64,000 nucleotides of DNA, from positions 129,456,001 through 129,520,000 of the forward strand of contig NC_043001.1 of NCBI RefSeq assembly GCF_006345805.1, given 5' to 3'. The notes below the pieces were generated by a model that did not search any database, was not told the origin of the DNA, and worked only from the letters and a program-made list of their open reading frames with translations. This stretch comes from Octopus sinensis (Eukaryota). Both the position numbers and the translations under genes were made by a program. The stretch's first letter is position 1. Every line of letters begins with the position of its first letter. Of this stretch, positions 1 through 14,372 are shown piece after piece.

Positions 1-230
1 TTTCTCTCTTTTAATAATTACGATCTCTCTCTTTTGATGTCCCCCTCTCTCTCTTTCTATCTATCTATCGATCTTTCTCTCTTGTTCTGATCCCAAATCT
101 CTCTTTTAATATTCACGATCTCTCTCTTTTGATACCACCCCTTCTTTCTTTATTTGTCTTCTCTCTCTCTGTCTCTGTCTCTCTCTTTCTCTCTCTCATG
201 ATTTCATACTTCATCACTCTTCAATATCTA

Positions 231-262
<32 letters not shown>

Positions 263-970
263 CTCACTATCTCCCCACTCTCCTTTGATATCTCCTCTTA
301 TACTTTCTCTCTTAACATCATACTCTCCATATTTTTCTCAGAGGAAAACTTTACACTTTATCTCCTTTTCTCTCTCTCTCTCTCTCGCTCTCTCTCTGCT
401 TATCTCTTTTTCTCATCCTTTCTTGCTTTTGTCTTCTCTTTCTCAATCTTTCTTTCTCTCTCTCTTACTCTTTCTTTCTCTTCACCACAAATATAAACTT
501 CTCTCTCTCTTCACCTTCTCACACTTTTGCTCTTTCTCTCTCTCTTTCTCATTCTCTTTCTTCCTTGCTTCTCTCTCTCTCAGTGCAGTTATCTCCCTCT
601 TTCTCTCTACCACAACTATAAACTTCTTTCTCCCTCTCTCTCTCTCTCTTTCCCTCACACTTTTGCTCTTCTCTCTCTCTCTCTCTCTTTCTCATTCTCT
701 TTCTTCCTTGCTTCTTTCTCTCTCAGTGCAGTTATCTCCCTCTTTCTCTCTACCACAACTATAAACTTCTTTCTCCCTCTCTCTCTCTCTCTTTCCCTCA
801 CACTTTTGCTCTTTCTCTCTCTCTCTCTCTTGCTGGTTATCGCTCTTTCTTCCTCGCTTTCTCTCTTTCTCTATGCAGTTTTCTCTCTCTTTCTCTTCAC
901 TACAAATACAAACTTCTCTCCCTCTCACTCCCTCACACTTTTACTCTCTCTCTCTCTCTCTTCCTGACTC
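1..970. repeat. (CT)n-rich low-complexity tract with a degenerate ~125-150 bp tandem unit
   Basis: Unit starting cacaa(a/c)tataaacttc recurs at ~487, 611, 753 and 901, with tctcagtgcagttatctccctc inside; ORFs here are S/L/F artefacts. Confidence 0.9.
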
Positions 971-1159
971 TTTCTCACATATCATCTCTCTCCTCTTCCC
1001 TCTCTTCATTTTAAACTCTGCTAACTTCTAATTTACACCCCTTCATAATGCATTAATTATAGGCCTGTAAGTTAGCGGCAACATAATCCCTGCACACCCC
1101 ACTCACCCCTCTCATCCCCATCCCAATCATCATCACCGGCAACAACAGCAAGCCTAAAC

Positions 1160-1690
1160 ATGGTCATTTGACTCGCTAGAAACAATATCCAAACCTCCAC
1201 TCAAATCACATCATACAATTTTAATAAATAAAAGAAAGATTCCGCAATGTAGTTCCTTCATATACAATGTACAGAAATGAGGGGATGGTCACGCCTGGAA
1301 ACGTCTTTGGCCATAGGTCAGCTTGATCAGGACTGACCTGATCAGGACTAACAGCAATAACTACATTGGCAACAACAGTAGCAGCAACAATAATAATCAT
1401 TGGTACCACAACCACCACCAACAACAACATCCATGCCACAACCAACAAGAAGAAGCATATATGGTGGTCGTCCAATCTGCTAGAAATAGCAGCTAAATCT
1501 TGCTCAAATCTCCATTTTACTGTCATAAGAATAAGAAGGACACATTGGTTGATGAGGTCTTTAGTACATCCTAAATAGAAAAACAATAAATGTATGATGG
1601 GATTGTCATTTTTGGAACGTCTTTGATTATATGTCTTGCTTTAAGCAAAGCTGACTTGGCACAACCAGCCAAAGCAACTGGTTAAAAATA
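1160..1690 (+). mobile_element. Two degenerate copies of a SINE-like family with (CAA)n tail (family E)
   Basis: Motif tggtc..tgctagaaatagcagc.aaatct..ctcaaatc recurs here twice and at ~3880-3970 and ~60210-60460. Confidence 0.6.
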
Positions 1691-1807
1691 TGATACAAAA
1701 GTGGTTTTCCAATTTATGATGATGATGGTGATGATGATAATAATGGTAGTGGTGGTAAAAAGAGATAGGAAGTTGTTGGTATGGTGGTGATGGTGGTGGT
1801 ATTTAAC

Positions 1808-1960
1808 ATCCGAGGTCGACTTTGCCTTTTATCCTTTCGGGGTCGATAAATTAAGTACCAGTTACACACTGGGGTCGATGTAATCGACTTAATACCTATG
1901 TCTGTCCTTGTTTGTCCCCTCTATGTTTAGCCCCTTGTGGGTAATAAAGAAATAGGTATT
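1808..1960 (+). mobile_element. 5'-truncated tRNA-derived SINE, family A
   Basis: gaggtcgactttgccttttatcctttcggggtcgataaattaagtaccag...ttgtgggtaataaagaaatagg matches the full copy at 23881-24103. Confidence 0.85.
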
Positions 1961-2388
1961 TAACACTTGGTCAGCCCAGACTAAACAGATCTATGATCAA
2001 AGGCATTCCTACTATGACCATCCTTATTTAATGTGATCAGCAATTTTTTTTATGAAAACCTACTATAAAGTGTGATTTGAGGGAGACTCGGCTGCTATTT
2101 CCAAAAAGCCAATCGAAAAGACTTCTCCCTTGAATTGTTGTTGTTAGTGGTGATGGTGTTGTTAGTAGTAGTGGTGATAGTAATAATAGGGTTAGTAACA
2201 GAAGTAGTAGTGGCTGCAGTAGTAGTAGATCTAGTGCTGTAGCTGTAATAGTTGTTTGCAAATATTAGTTATTAAACAACAAACATCAATAAGGATGAGA
2301 TTGAAGCGCTAGCGATACAGTGTTATAGTAGTACCCATAGTATTGACGGTTCCTGTGTTAGAACTGCTCATGTTGTTGTTGTTGTTGT

Positions 2389-2610
2389 GTGGCCTTTGGT
2401 AAAACCCGATTGAGGAGACCTGAAGTCATAAGTCATTTGCGCCATCGTATTCTCTCCTTACTTTCAGGTATCATCTATCGAAGGCTATTTCCCCCATGTG
2501 CCCCCTCCCAATTTCAAATCGAAGAATTAGGGAGCGTAGTGCTTTTGAGGGAGAATTGGCCGTTATCTCTGGTAAGTAAATTGACCAGTTTGAGGGTTCC
2601 CTCAATAGCT
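2389..2610 (-). mobile_element. Divergent family E SINE copy
   Basis: Reverse strand reads ctggtcaattt..ccagagataacggccaattctccctcaaa...ggtctcctcaatcggg...acacaacaacaac, aligning to family E and its (CAA)n tail. Confidence 0.5.
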
Positions 2611-3540
2611 TATGTCGAGGTAATGGTAGTGGTGGTGGTGGTGGTGGTGGTGGAAATTGTGTAGGTGAGTGTTTGCGTATGCATTTGTGGTGCTGTTGGC
2701 TTTCTTGGAGGAAGCAGTGGTACAAGAGATACAGTTTGTAATAAAAGGGATGTCATTTAGGGTCACACCAATGCTAATGTTCATGATGATAATTGATGGT
2801 GGTGGTGGTGGTGATGGTGGTGGTGCAGGTGGTGATATGCTGGTAGTGGATGTATGGTAGCAGCATGGTGGTGAGTGAAGATGTATGAGGGGTTGTATGG
2901 GGGGGGGCGTGATGCAGTTGGTGAAGGAGGTATAGTGATGCAGATAGCAGTGGTATGATGGTTGTGGTAGTGTTTGTGTGATGGCAGTGATGGTGGTAGA
3001 ATGTTGGTAGTGGTGGTGTGGTGGTATGATGATGGTGATTACAAGTGGTGGAGGTAGGTATGGCATTTGTGGCGGTATGAGGTGGTGTGGAGGTATGTGG
3101 TATTGGAAGCAGTGGAGGAGCTTTGGTGGTGATGCACGGGAGGGGGAGGAGGTGAGGTGCTGACGCCGATGCAATTGGTGACGCTGGGTGGGTGGGGTCG
3201 GGTGGGGGTGGGGTGGAGGAGGGGCAGGGGGTAAATATAATGGTGAGGATGCAGATAGAAGAGGAGTAGCAATGATGCAGGACATGGAGGTATGTATGCA
3301 AGGTGGCGATGCAGGAGGTGGAGAGGACGCAGGTAGTGGAGGTCTGGGGCAGTGATGACACACATGATGAGGGTGGCAATGTTGATGCAAGAAAAGACTT
3401 TTGATATTTATGCTAATTATGCTTGGGGAGGTGGGGTAAGTCACTGCAATGGTATCAGTGATAGGATACTTTTGGAGGCTGCAGTAACTTTAGCTGCTGC
3501 TGCTGCTGTTTCATAGTTGCTGCAGTTTGTATGAAATGAT
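2610..3540. repeat. (GGT/GAT/GGA)n cryptic simple-repeat tract
   Basis: Dense gtg/ggt/gat triplets; produces P/H/T-rich spurious ORFs. Confidence 0.9.
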
Positions 3541-4444
3541 AATATAAGATATGGTCAAAAATTATAATTAAGATTCTGCCACACCTACGTCAGTCCAAGT
3601 GAACACCCACAAAAATATGCACACAAACACAGATACACACACATATATATTTTTCACCACTGCCGACCAAAATTAGTTTCTTTCCAAATCTAAAATGCCA
3701 GCCAACATTAAAACTAAAAAAACACCAAAAAAAAAATAATAATAATAATATAATTACTGTAAAATATCCCACTCTTCATCAGAATATTGCGTGACCAAGT
3801 AGATAGGAGCATTGAAATGCTGTGTTAATGGTTTATATGTTGAATTTGAGCTAAGAAGCATAACCATGTTCATGATAAATAGGAGCCAATGATGGAACTG
3901 TTGCGCAGTCAATCAACTTTGCTAGAAAATCTAGCTAAATCTGTCTTTCTCAAATTACACACTGTCATATTAAATAAAGAGGGATATGTTGGATGATGTA
4001 GATGTTGGTGTATAAATAATAAAAAAAATGGGTTGGTTACAGCCTTGAATCAACTTTTGGTCATAGGTGTGTTTGATCAAAGATGATCTGAAGCCCCAAA
4101 AGGATAACAACAAGAACAGTGATGTAATGATGAAGAGACTGATGGTGATCTGTTTTGGAAACAGCAATTTTATGAAAACATAATAGATGAGGTCGACGAC
4201 AACAACAACAACAACAACAACAACAATAACAACAACAGCAACAACAATAACAACCACAGCAGCAGCAGCGACAACAACAATAATAGTTTCAAATTTTGGC
4301 CCAAGGTCAGAAATTTCAAGGGGAGGGGATAAGTCGATTACATTGACACCCAGAACTTATTTTATTGACCCTGAAAGGATGAATGGCAAAGTTGACCTTA
4401 GCAGAATTTGAACTCAGAATGTGCCAGTACTGCCTGACTGGCTC

Positions 4445-4650
4445 TCATACCTGTGGCATGTAAACAGCACCCACTACACTCTCGGAATGGTTGGCATTAC
4501 GAAGGGCATCCAGCTGTAGAAACTTTGCCAGATCGGATTGGAGCCTGGTACAGCCTTCTGGTTTGCCAGTTCTCAGTCAAACAGTCAAACTGTCTAACAG
4601 CATGGAAAGTGGACGTTAAACGACGATGGCGATGGTGATGATGATGATGA
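4445..4650 (+). mobile_element. SINE 3' part with (GAT)n tail (family F)
   Basis: gaagggcatccagctgtagaaac...catggaaagtggacgttaaacgacgatg(atg)n; the same block occurs at ~18975-19170, 49755-49910 and 51635-51800 (-). Confidence 0.8.
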
Positions 4651-4730
4651 ATGTAAATATGGACAAAATACCACTAGTATTTTGCTTGGCATGCTAATGA
4701 TTCTACCTGCTTGCTGCCTTAATAATAATA

Positions 4731-4776
<46 letters not shown>

Positions 4777-4778
4777 CG

Positions 4779-5178
4779 GCGAAAGAATCTGACAAGATTA
4801 GTAAATATAAAGACCTGCTAATAGAAATTGAAAAAATGTGGCATCTCAAGGTGACTACAGTACCAGTGATTGTAGGATCTCTAGGAATGATAAAAAAAGG
4901 TACTGAAACCTATTTGAAAATGATTCCAGGCTTACCATCCCTACAGGAAGTGCAAAAAATCATATTAACTGGAACGGCTCATGTACTGAGAAGAGCACTA
5001 TCACTGTGAAAATAACATCCATCCATGAATTAATTTATTTAAAAATTTTTAAATACATATTTTATCTGTGAATTTGTGCGTGTAATCTGGGAATACATAC
5101 AATGCCCTTCTCTGCCCTAGGTGTATGGAAAACACTCGGCGAGAAACGGAAGAAAATTTGAAGAAAGAAAGAAAAAAA
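4779..5178 (+). mobile_element. 5'-truncated REL-endonuclease LINE (R4/Dong-like), ORF C-terminus plus 3' UTR
   Basis: 4779-5009 translates AKESDKISKYKDLLIEIEKMWHLKVTTVPVIVGSLGMIKK...LQEVQKIILTGTAHVLRRALSL*; (TAA)n on both sides. Confidence 0.85.
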
Positions 5179-5179
5179 C

Positions 5180-5225
<46 letters not shown>

Positions 5226-5226
5226 C

Positions 5227-5539
5227 AATAAGTGGCAGATAATTGACTTTACAGTCCCAAATGATGAAAAAATATAATAGAAAAAATAGCAAAGTACCAG
5301 GACCTAGCCATTGAATTACCAAGAGTATAGAAAGTGCAGGTAAAATGTTTTCCAGTAGTTATAGGTGCATTAGGAACTATCCCTAAAGATTTGAACAGAC
5401 GGATAGAGGAAACAGGTATAAAACCCAGTTTAGTACAGCTCCAGGAAACAGTGTTATTAGGGACAGCTAGGATATTTAGGAGGTCTTTTGGCATCTAGCG
5501 TTACTTGTCGTAGCCTGATGTTAGGAATTTTTCTTTTCC
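5227..5539 (+). mobile_element. Second, different REL-endonuclease LINE 3' fragment (frameshifted)
   Basis: NKWQIIDFTVPNDEK / EKIAKYQDLAIELPRV*KVQVKCFPVVIGALGTIPKDL...LQETVLLGTARIFRRSFGI* (stop 5496-5498); starts after (TAA)n and ends in (CAA)n(TAA)n. Confidence 0.85.
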
Positions 5540-5564
5540 AACAACAACAACAACAACAATAATA

Positions 5565-6455
5565 ATGGTTTCAAATTTTGGTACAAGGCCAGCAATTTCG
5601 GGGGAGGGGAGAAGTTGATTACATTGTCACTAGTACTCTACTCGGACTTATTTTATCAAGTTGGAAGGATGAAAGATAAAGTGGACGTTGGCAGAATTTG
5701 AACTCTGAATGTAAAGAGGAATAAAATGCCACAGAGCATTTTGCTCAGTGTGCTAATGGTTCTGCCAGCTCACCAATAACAGTTTCAAATTTTGGGATAT
5801 GGCCAGCAATACTGAGGAGAGAGGGAAAGTGATAGACACTATAGACCCCAGTATTAGATTACTATGATATATCGTTGATGCCAAAAGGATGAAATGCAAT
5901 GTTTGCTTTGTTCAGAATTGAACCCAGAATGTAGAAAGCTGAAAGAAATATTGTGAAGCATTTTCTCAATGCTTTAACAATTCTGCCAACTAAAAAGGAA
6001 AAAAAATGATTATCCTTTTGAGTGGTAGTGGTGGTGGTGGGGGAGACTTACTAATTAAATTGACCCCTATGCTTGACTGGTACCTATTTCTTCAACCCTG
6101 AAAAGTTGAAAGGGTAAGTCAACCTCAGCAGAATTTGAATTCAGAAAGTAAAAGCAAATGAAATACCACTAAGAATTTTGCCTGATGTTCAAATGATTCA
6201 GTCAGCTTTCTGACATAACAACAACAACAAAGATGGTGATAATAATAATGATTTCAAATTTTGGCACAAGGCCAGCAATTTCGTGGAGGGAGTAAATTTA
6301 TCACACTGAACCCAGATTTCAAATGGGATTTATTTTATTGAGCCAGAATGGATGAATAAAAAAAAACTGATCTTGATTGAATTTGAATCCAGAATGAAGC
6401 AAAAAAAACAGTGCAAAGAATTTTGTCTGATTCTCAAACAGTTTTGCCAGCTAAA
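5565..6455 (-). mobile_element. Four consecutive degenerate family A SINEs
   Basis: Each has tttcaaattttgg.acaaggccagcaat and/or gaatttgaa(c/t)tc.gaa; approx. 5565-5775, 5780-5995, 6045-6215, 6250-6455. Confidence 0.75.
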
Positions 6456-6470
6456 ACAGTTTTATATATA

Positions 6471-6533
<63 letters not shown>

Positions 6534-6976
6534 GAACAAACTTACTTAGAAATGTATGCATGCGTTCTGTTGAATAATAACAAATTAATAAAAAAATCAT
6601 ATGCATATATACATACATATATGTACGTACCTACATCTACATGTATATATACATGCATATATGGGCACAGGACACCAAAAAACGTCAAATACAATGAGAA
6701 ACGAAAACATAAACACAAAACCAAGGAAATGGACATATACATGTAGATGTAGGTACATACATATATGTATGTATATATGCATATGTTTTATTTATTAATT
6801 TGTTATATATATATTTGTTCATATTTATATATAAGTATATTCATATTTACATATACACTTATATATATTTATGCATATATATATAAATGTATGTGTGTGT
6901 ATGTATACATATGTGTGTGTTTGTGATATATACATGTGACTGTTTTTATACATAAATATATACATACATATATATA

Positions 6977-7372
6977 TCTTTATATATAAAAGTAAGGTTG
7001 TGTGTCTGTCTCCTACAATTTAGATTCCTAACTACACCCACATTTTGCGGTGCAGTTTAACCAAAACCGGGTATCTTATAGTTGTGATTCATATCGAGCC
7101 CTTCTGGGTATTAGCGCGCGTCTACGATGAGTCTACGATTTTAAAAAGAAATTACCATCATTTTTTTCCATTTTAATGCATTTTTTCGCTATTATATAAG
7201 GGAAGTAACTCTCTAAAAATGTCTACGATGAGTCAACGATTTAAAAAAAATTTACCATAATTTTTTTCCATTTTTAATGCATTTTTTTGCTATTCTTTGG
7301 CTATAACTCTCTAAAAATGCTTATATAGTTATTTCCCTTACAAACCCGAGCAACGCCGGGCGATACTGCTAG
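6977..7372 (+). mobile_element. Non-autonomous Helitron, copy 1 (396 bp)
   Basis: 5' TC, 3' CTAG, subterminal hairpin cccgagcaacgccggg, inserted between A and T with no TSD; two more copies in the window. Confidence 0.9.
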
Positions 7373-7905
7373 TATATATATAAAATACAAAAATGGGACA
7401 AGAATGCAAATCATACAGACAGTTAGGTGATATAAAAAAGGGACAATAAAACGTCCACACTGACGATACAAAGAAAACAAGGACGGGTCATTCAGAGTTT
7501 TCTTTCCTCAGTCGAGTTCCAGATTATCTTTGCAATTTCACTTGGTTATACTCGAGATTGCTCCAATCTGGCCAGCCCCAAGGAAAAACTAAGCTAAAAG
7601 TACTAGATTCCTTGGAAGAAAGCAGTGAATGTATATGAAAACAAGGACGGAAAAAAAAAACCGGAGAAATGATACACAAATACAAATAACAGGACGTTAA
7701 CAACAGGTGTCTTTTGTCTAAGGATGAATTAAATTAAGCTGGCGTGTTTGGAAGTAAAGCCTTACAGCAGGGACATAAGATTTGACAGGGATAAATTATC
7801 CATGTGGGTACCATAAGAGCTCCCAGTTTCCAGCTAACCATACTAAGTAATGACAAGGACAAAAGATCACATCGAGTTAGCAATCCCACTATATTTCTTC
7901 TGATG

Positions 7906-7953
<48 letters not shown>

Positions 7954-8188
7954 TACAAATATATGTCACTATAAACCACATATACAAATGTAAGCATATA
8001 TTAAGCTCATTTTGCATGTGGCTATTCAAATGTGTATTAAACATTTTAACTAATCTTATAAGATTAACAGCATTTACCACTGTTTTAATCCTCATATCAC
8101 ACAGACATATATAGATTCATATATCCACACACACATATATGTGTGTGTGCGTATATATATAGATATATGCATACATATATACATATAT

Positions 8189-8347
8189 GTTACTAAAGTG
8201 ACTGAGGGCACTAGTCAGCACCAGCATTGCTAGAAATAGGAGTTAAAAGAACTCATATCCACAAGAAAGCTATATGGCTATAAGTTGTTTTAACTCCTGT
8301 TTCTAGCAATACTGGTGCTGGCTAGTGCCCTAAATCACTTTAGTGAC
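8189..8347. repeat. Fold-back (hairpin) element with ~60-bp arms
   Basis: gttactaaagtga..gggcactagtcagcaccagcattgctagaaataggagttaaaa / ttttaactcctgtttctagcaatactggtgctggctagtgccc..tcactttagtgac; TA-rich flanks; related sequence at ~53040-53072. Confidence 0.85.
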
Positions 8348-8539
8348 GTATATATTTCAGTTGTAAAATTTTGAAAAAGCCACCCTTATATACTATATAT
8401 CTATATCTATGTGAGTGTGTATGTGTGTGTATGTGTGTGTATGTGTGTGTGTGTGCATGTATATGTATATGTAGATAGATGAGAGACATGTATACTGGAA
8501 ACAATTGTAGTGAATTTGAATAAAGACTCTTGTGAATTC

Positions 8540-8557
8540 CATTTTCTGTCTCTCATC

Positions 8558-8591
<34 letters not shown>

Positions 8592-8614
8592 TAGATAGAT
8601 AGATAGATAGATAG

Positions 8615-8655
<41 letters not shown>

Positions 8656-8704
8656 GGATGGATAGATAGATATTATATATATATATATATATACATATAT
8701 ATAC

Positions 8705-8747
<43 letters not shown>

Positions 8748-8855
8748 TATACATATATATAATATACATATATATATATATATAAATATATATATATATA
8801 ATATAAATATATATATATATATATATACACATATATATATATATATATATATAAC

Positions 8856-8886
<31 letters not shown>

Positions 8887-8933
8887 CATATATAATATAT
8901 ATATAATATATATATATATATACACATATATTA

Positions 8934-8979
<46 letters not shown>

Positions 8980-9186
8980 TATATATGTGTCTATATACAT
9001 ATATATAGATATATATAGAGAATATATACATATATATATAATATATATATAATATATACATAACATATATATAATATATATATCATATATATATTATATA
9101 TATATATATATAAAATATTATATATATATGTGTATATATATATATATACATATATATAGATATATATATATACATATATATATCAT
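8540..9186. repeat. (TA)n/(GA)n/(GATA)n microsatellite tract
   Basis: Directly visible. Confidence 0.95.
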
Positions 9187-9790
9187 ATCATCATCATCAT
9201 CATCATTTAGCGTCCGTTTTCCATGCTAGCATGGGTTGGACGGTTCAAACTGGGGTCTGGGGAGCCCGAAGGCTGCACCAGGCCAGTCAGATCTGGCAGT
9301 GTTTCTACAGCTGGATGCCCTTCCTAACGCCAACCACTCCGAGAGTGTAGTGGGTGATTTTATGTGCCACCGACACAGGTGCCAGACGAGGCTGGCGAAC
9401 GGCCACGCTCGGATGGTGTTTTTATGTGCCACCGACACAGGTGCCAGACGAGGCTGGCAGACGGCCACGCTCGGATGGTGTTTTTATGTGCCACCGACAC
9501 AGGTGCCAGACGAGGCTGGCAGGTGCCAGACGAGGCTGGCAGACGGCCACGCTCGGATGGTGTTTTTATGTGCCACCGACACAGGTGCCAGATGAGGCTG
9601 GCGGACGGCCACGATCGGATGGTGTTTGTTACGTCCCCAAAGCACGGAGGCCAGTCTATGCGGTACTGGCTACGGCCACGTTCGGATGATTTTTTGTGTG
9701 CCACCGGCACTGGTACCACAAAGATACAAAATTCCATTTATGTTCATCTATTTTGATTTGTTTTGACTTGATTTGATTTGATTTTGATTT
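9187..9790 (-). mobile_element. Family F SINE with internal tandem modules; founder of the adjacent array
   Basis: (CAT)n-ttagcgtccgttttccatgc...ctacagctggatgcccttcc, then repeated atgtgccaccgacacaggtgccagacgaggctggc modules. Confidence 0.8.
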
Positions 9791-12700
9791 TCACTTGCCT
9801 CAACAGGTCTTCACAAGTGTCACAAGAAGGAAGGTATGCACAGGTGGACTGTCTACGTCGCCGGGTCTTCGGATGGTGTCTTTATGTGCCACCGACACAG
9901 GTGCCAGAATGTGGCTGGCGAACGGCCACGATCGGATGGTTTTCTTGTGTGCCACCGGTACTGGAACCACAAAGATACAAATTCCATTGATGTTCATCTA
10001 TTTTGATTTGGTTTGATTTTTGATTTTCACTTGCCTCAACAGGTCTTCACAAGTGTCACGCGTGTCACACACTTGCCTCAACAGGTCTCCACAAGTGTTA
10101 AACACTTGCCTCTGCCTCAACAGGTTCTTCACAAAGTGTCACACACTTGCCTCTGCCTCAACAGGGTCTTCACAAGTGTCGTAAGAGGGAAGGTATGCAC
10201 AGGTGGACTGACTACGTCGCCGGGTCTTTGGATGGTGTTTTTATGTGCCACCGACACAGGTGCCAGGTGAGGCTGGCGAACGGCCACGATCAGATGGTGT
10301 TTGTTGTGCCCACAGCACGGAGGCCAGTCGATGCGGTACCAGCTACGGCCACGCTCGGATGGTTTTCTTGTGTGCCACCGGTACTGGAACCACAAAGATA
10401 CAAATTCCATTGATATTCATCTATTTTGATTTGGTTTGATTTTCACTTGCCTCAACAGGTCTTCACAAGGGTCACACACTTGCCTCAACAGGTCTCCACA
10501 AGTGTCACACACTTGCCTCTGCCTAACAGGTCTTCACAAGTGTCACACACTTGCCTCAACAGGTCTTCACAAGTGTCATAAGAGGGAAGGTATGCACAGG
10601 TGGACTGACTACGTCGCCGGGTCTTCGGATGGTGTCTTATGTGCCACCGGCACAGGTGCCAGATGAGCTGGCGAACGGCCACGATCGGATGGTGTGTTTG
10701 TTGTGCCCACGCACGGAGGCCAGTCGATGCTGCGGTACTGGTTACGGCCACGTTTGGGTGGTTTTCTTGTGTGCCACCGGCACTGGTACCACAAAGAATA
10801 CAATTCCACTGATGTTCATCTATTTTGATTTGTTTTGACTTGATTGATTTGATTTTCACTTGCCTCAACAGGTCTTCACAAGTGTCACAAGAAGGAAGGT
10901 ATGCACAGGTGGACTGTCTACGTCGCCGGGTCTTCGGATGGTGTCTTTATGTGCCACCGACACAGGTGCCAGATGTGGCTGGCGAACGGCCACGATCGGA
11001 TGTTTTTCTTGTGTGCCACCGGTACTGGAACCACAAAGATACAAATTCCATTGATGTTCATCTATTTTGATTGGTTTGATTTTTGATTTTCACTTGCCTC
11101 AACAGGTCTTCACAAGTGTCACGCGTGTCACCACACTTGCCTCAACAGGTCTCCACAAGTGTTACACACTTGCCTCTGCCTCAACAGGTCTTCACAAAGT
11201 GTCACACACTTGCCTCTGCCTCAACAGGTCTTCACAAGTGTCGTAAGAGGGAAGGTATGCACAGGTGGACTGACTACGTCGCCGGGTCTTTGGATGGTGT
11301 TTTTATGTGCCACCGACACAGGTGCCAGGTGAGGCTGGGCGAACGGCCACGATCAGATGGTGTTTGTTGTGCCCACAGCACGGGGCCAGTCGATGCGGTA
11401 CCAGCTACGGCCACGCTCGGATGGGTTTCTTGTGTGCCACCGGTACTGGAACCACAAAGATACAAATTCCATTGATATTCATCTATTTTGATTTGGTTTG
11501 ATTTTCACTTGCCTCAACAGGTCTTCACAAGGGTCACACACTTGCCTCAACAGGTCTCCACAAGTGTCACACACTGCCTCTGCCTCAACAGGTCTTCACA
11601 AGTGTCACACACTTGCCTCAACAGGTCTTCACAAGTGTCATAAGAGGGAAGGTATGCACAGGTGGACTGACTACGTCGCCGGGTCTTCGGATGGTGTCTT
11701 TATGTGCCACCGGCACAGGTGCCAGATGAGGCTGGCGAACGGCCACGATCGGATGGTGTTTGTTGTGCCCACAGCACGGAGGCCAGTCGATGCGGTACTG
11801 GTTACGGCCACGTTTGGGTGGTTTTCTTGTGTGCCACCGGCACTGGTACCACAAAGAATACAATTCCACTGATGTTCATCTATTTTGATTTGTTTTGACT
11901 TGATTTGATTTGATTTTCACTTGCCTCAACAGGTCTTCACAAGTGTCACAAGAAGGAAGGTATGCACAGGTGGACTGTCTACGTCGCCGGGTCTTCGGAT
12001 GGTGTCTTTATGTGCCACCGACACAGGTGCCAGATGTGGCTGGCGAACGGCCACGATCGGATGGTTTTCTTGTGTGCCACCGGTACTGGAACCACAAAGA
12101 TACAAATTCCATTGATGTTCATCTATTTTGATTTGGTTTGATTTTTGATTTTCACTTGCCTCAACAGGTCTTCACAAGTGTCACGCGTGTCACACACTTG
12201 CCTCAACAGGTCTCCACAAGTGTTACACACTTGCCTCTGCCTCAACAGGTCTTCACAAAGTGTCACACACTTGCCTCTGCCTCAACAGGTCTTCACAAGT
12301 GTCGTAAGAGGGAAGGTATGCACAGGTGGACTGACTACGTCGCCGGGTCTTTGGATGGTGTTTTTATGTGCCACCGACACAGGTGCCAGGTTGAGGCTGG
12401 CGAACGGCCACGATCAGATGGTGTTTGTTGTGCCCACAGCACGGAGGCCAGTCAATGCGGTACCAGCTACGGCCACGCTCGGATGGTTTTCTTGTGTGCC
12501 ACGGTACTGGAACCACAAAGATACAAATTCCATTGATATTCATCTATTTTGATTGGTTTGATTGATTTTCACTTGCCTCAACAGGTCTCACAAGGGCACA
12601 CACTTGCCTCAACAGGTCTCCACAAGTGTCCCACACTTGCCTCTGCCTCACAGGTCTTCACAAGTGTCCCACACTTGCCTCAACAGGTCTTCACAAGTGT

Positions 12701-12896
12701 CATAAGAGGGAAGGTATGCACAGGTGAACTGACTACGTCGCCGGGTCTTCGGATGGTGTCTTTATGTGCCACCGGCACAGGTGCCAGATGAGGCTGGCGA
12801 ACGGCCACGATCGGATGGTGTTTGTTGTGCCCACAGCACGGAGGCCAGTCGATGCGTATGTTACTGGTACGGCCACGTTTGGGTGGTTTCTGTGGA
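9791..12896. repeat. SINE-derived higher-order tandem array, ~2.9 x ~1063 bp (monomers A, B, C)
   Basis: tcacttgcctcaacagg starts: A 9791/10856/11917, B 10027/11090/12152, C 10443/11505/12569; period 1061-1065. Confidence 0.95.

Positions 12897-14372
<1,476 letters not shown>

Noticed and set aside
2389-2664. 91-aa ORF with normal-looking composition
   Set aside because: It is the antisense of a family E SINE copy plus a (GGT)n run.
3774-3783. CTGATGA on the minus strand
   Set aside because: No downstream helix II/GAAA, so not an HHR.
7480-7525. CUGAGGA-A-AGA-AAAC-UCU-GAAU motif (minus strand)
   Set aside because: GAAU instead of GAAA and no convincing helix I or III; may be a decayed relative but unsupported.
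9791-12896. CRISPR-like look of short repeated motifs
   Set aside because: The intervening sequences are themselves repeated rather than unique spacers; eukaryotic context; no cas genes.
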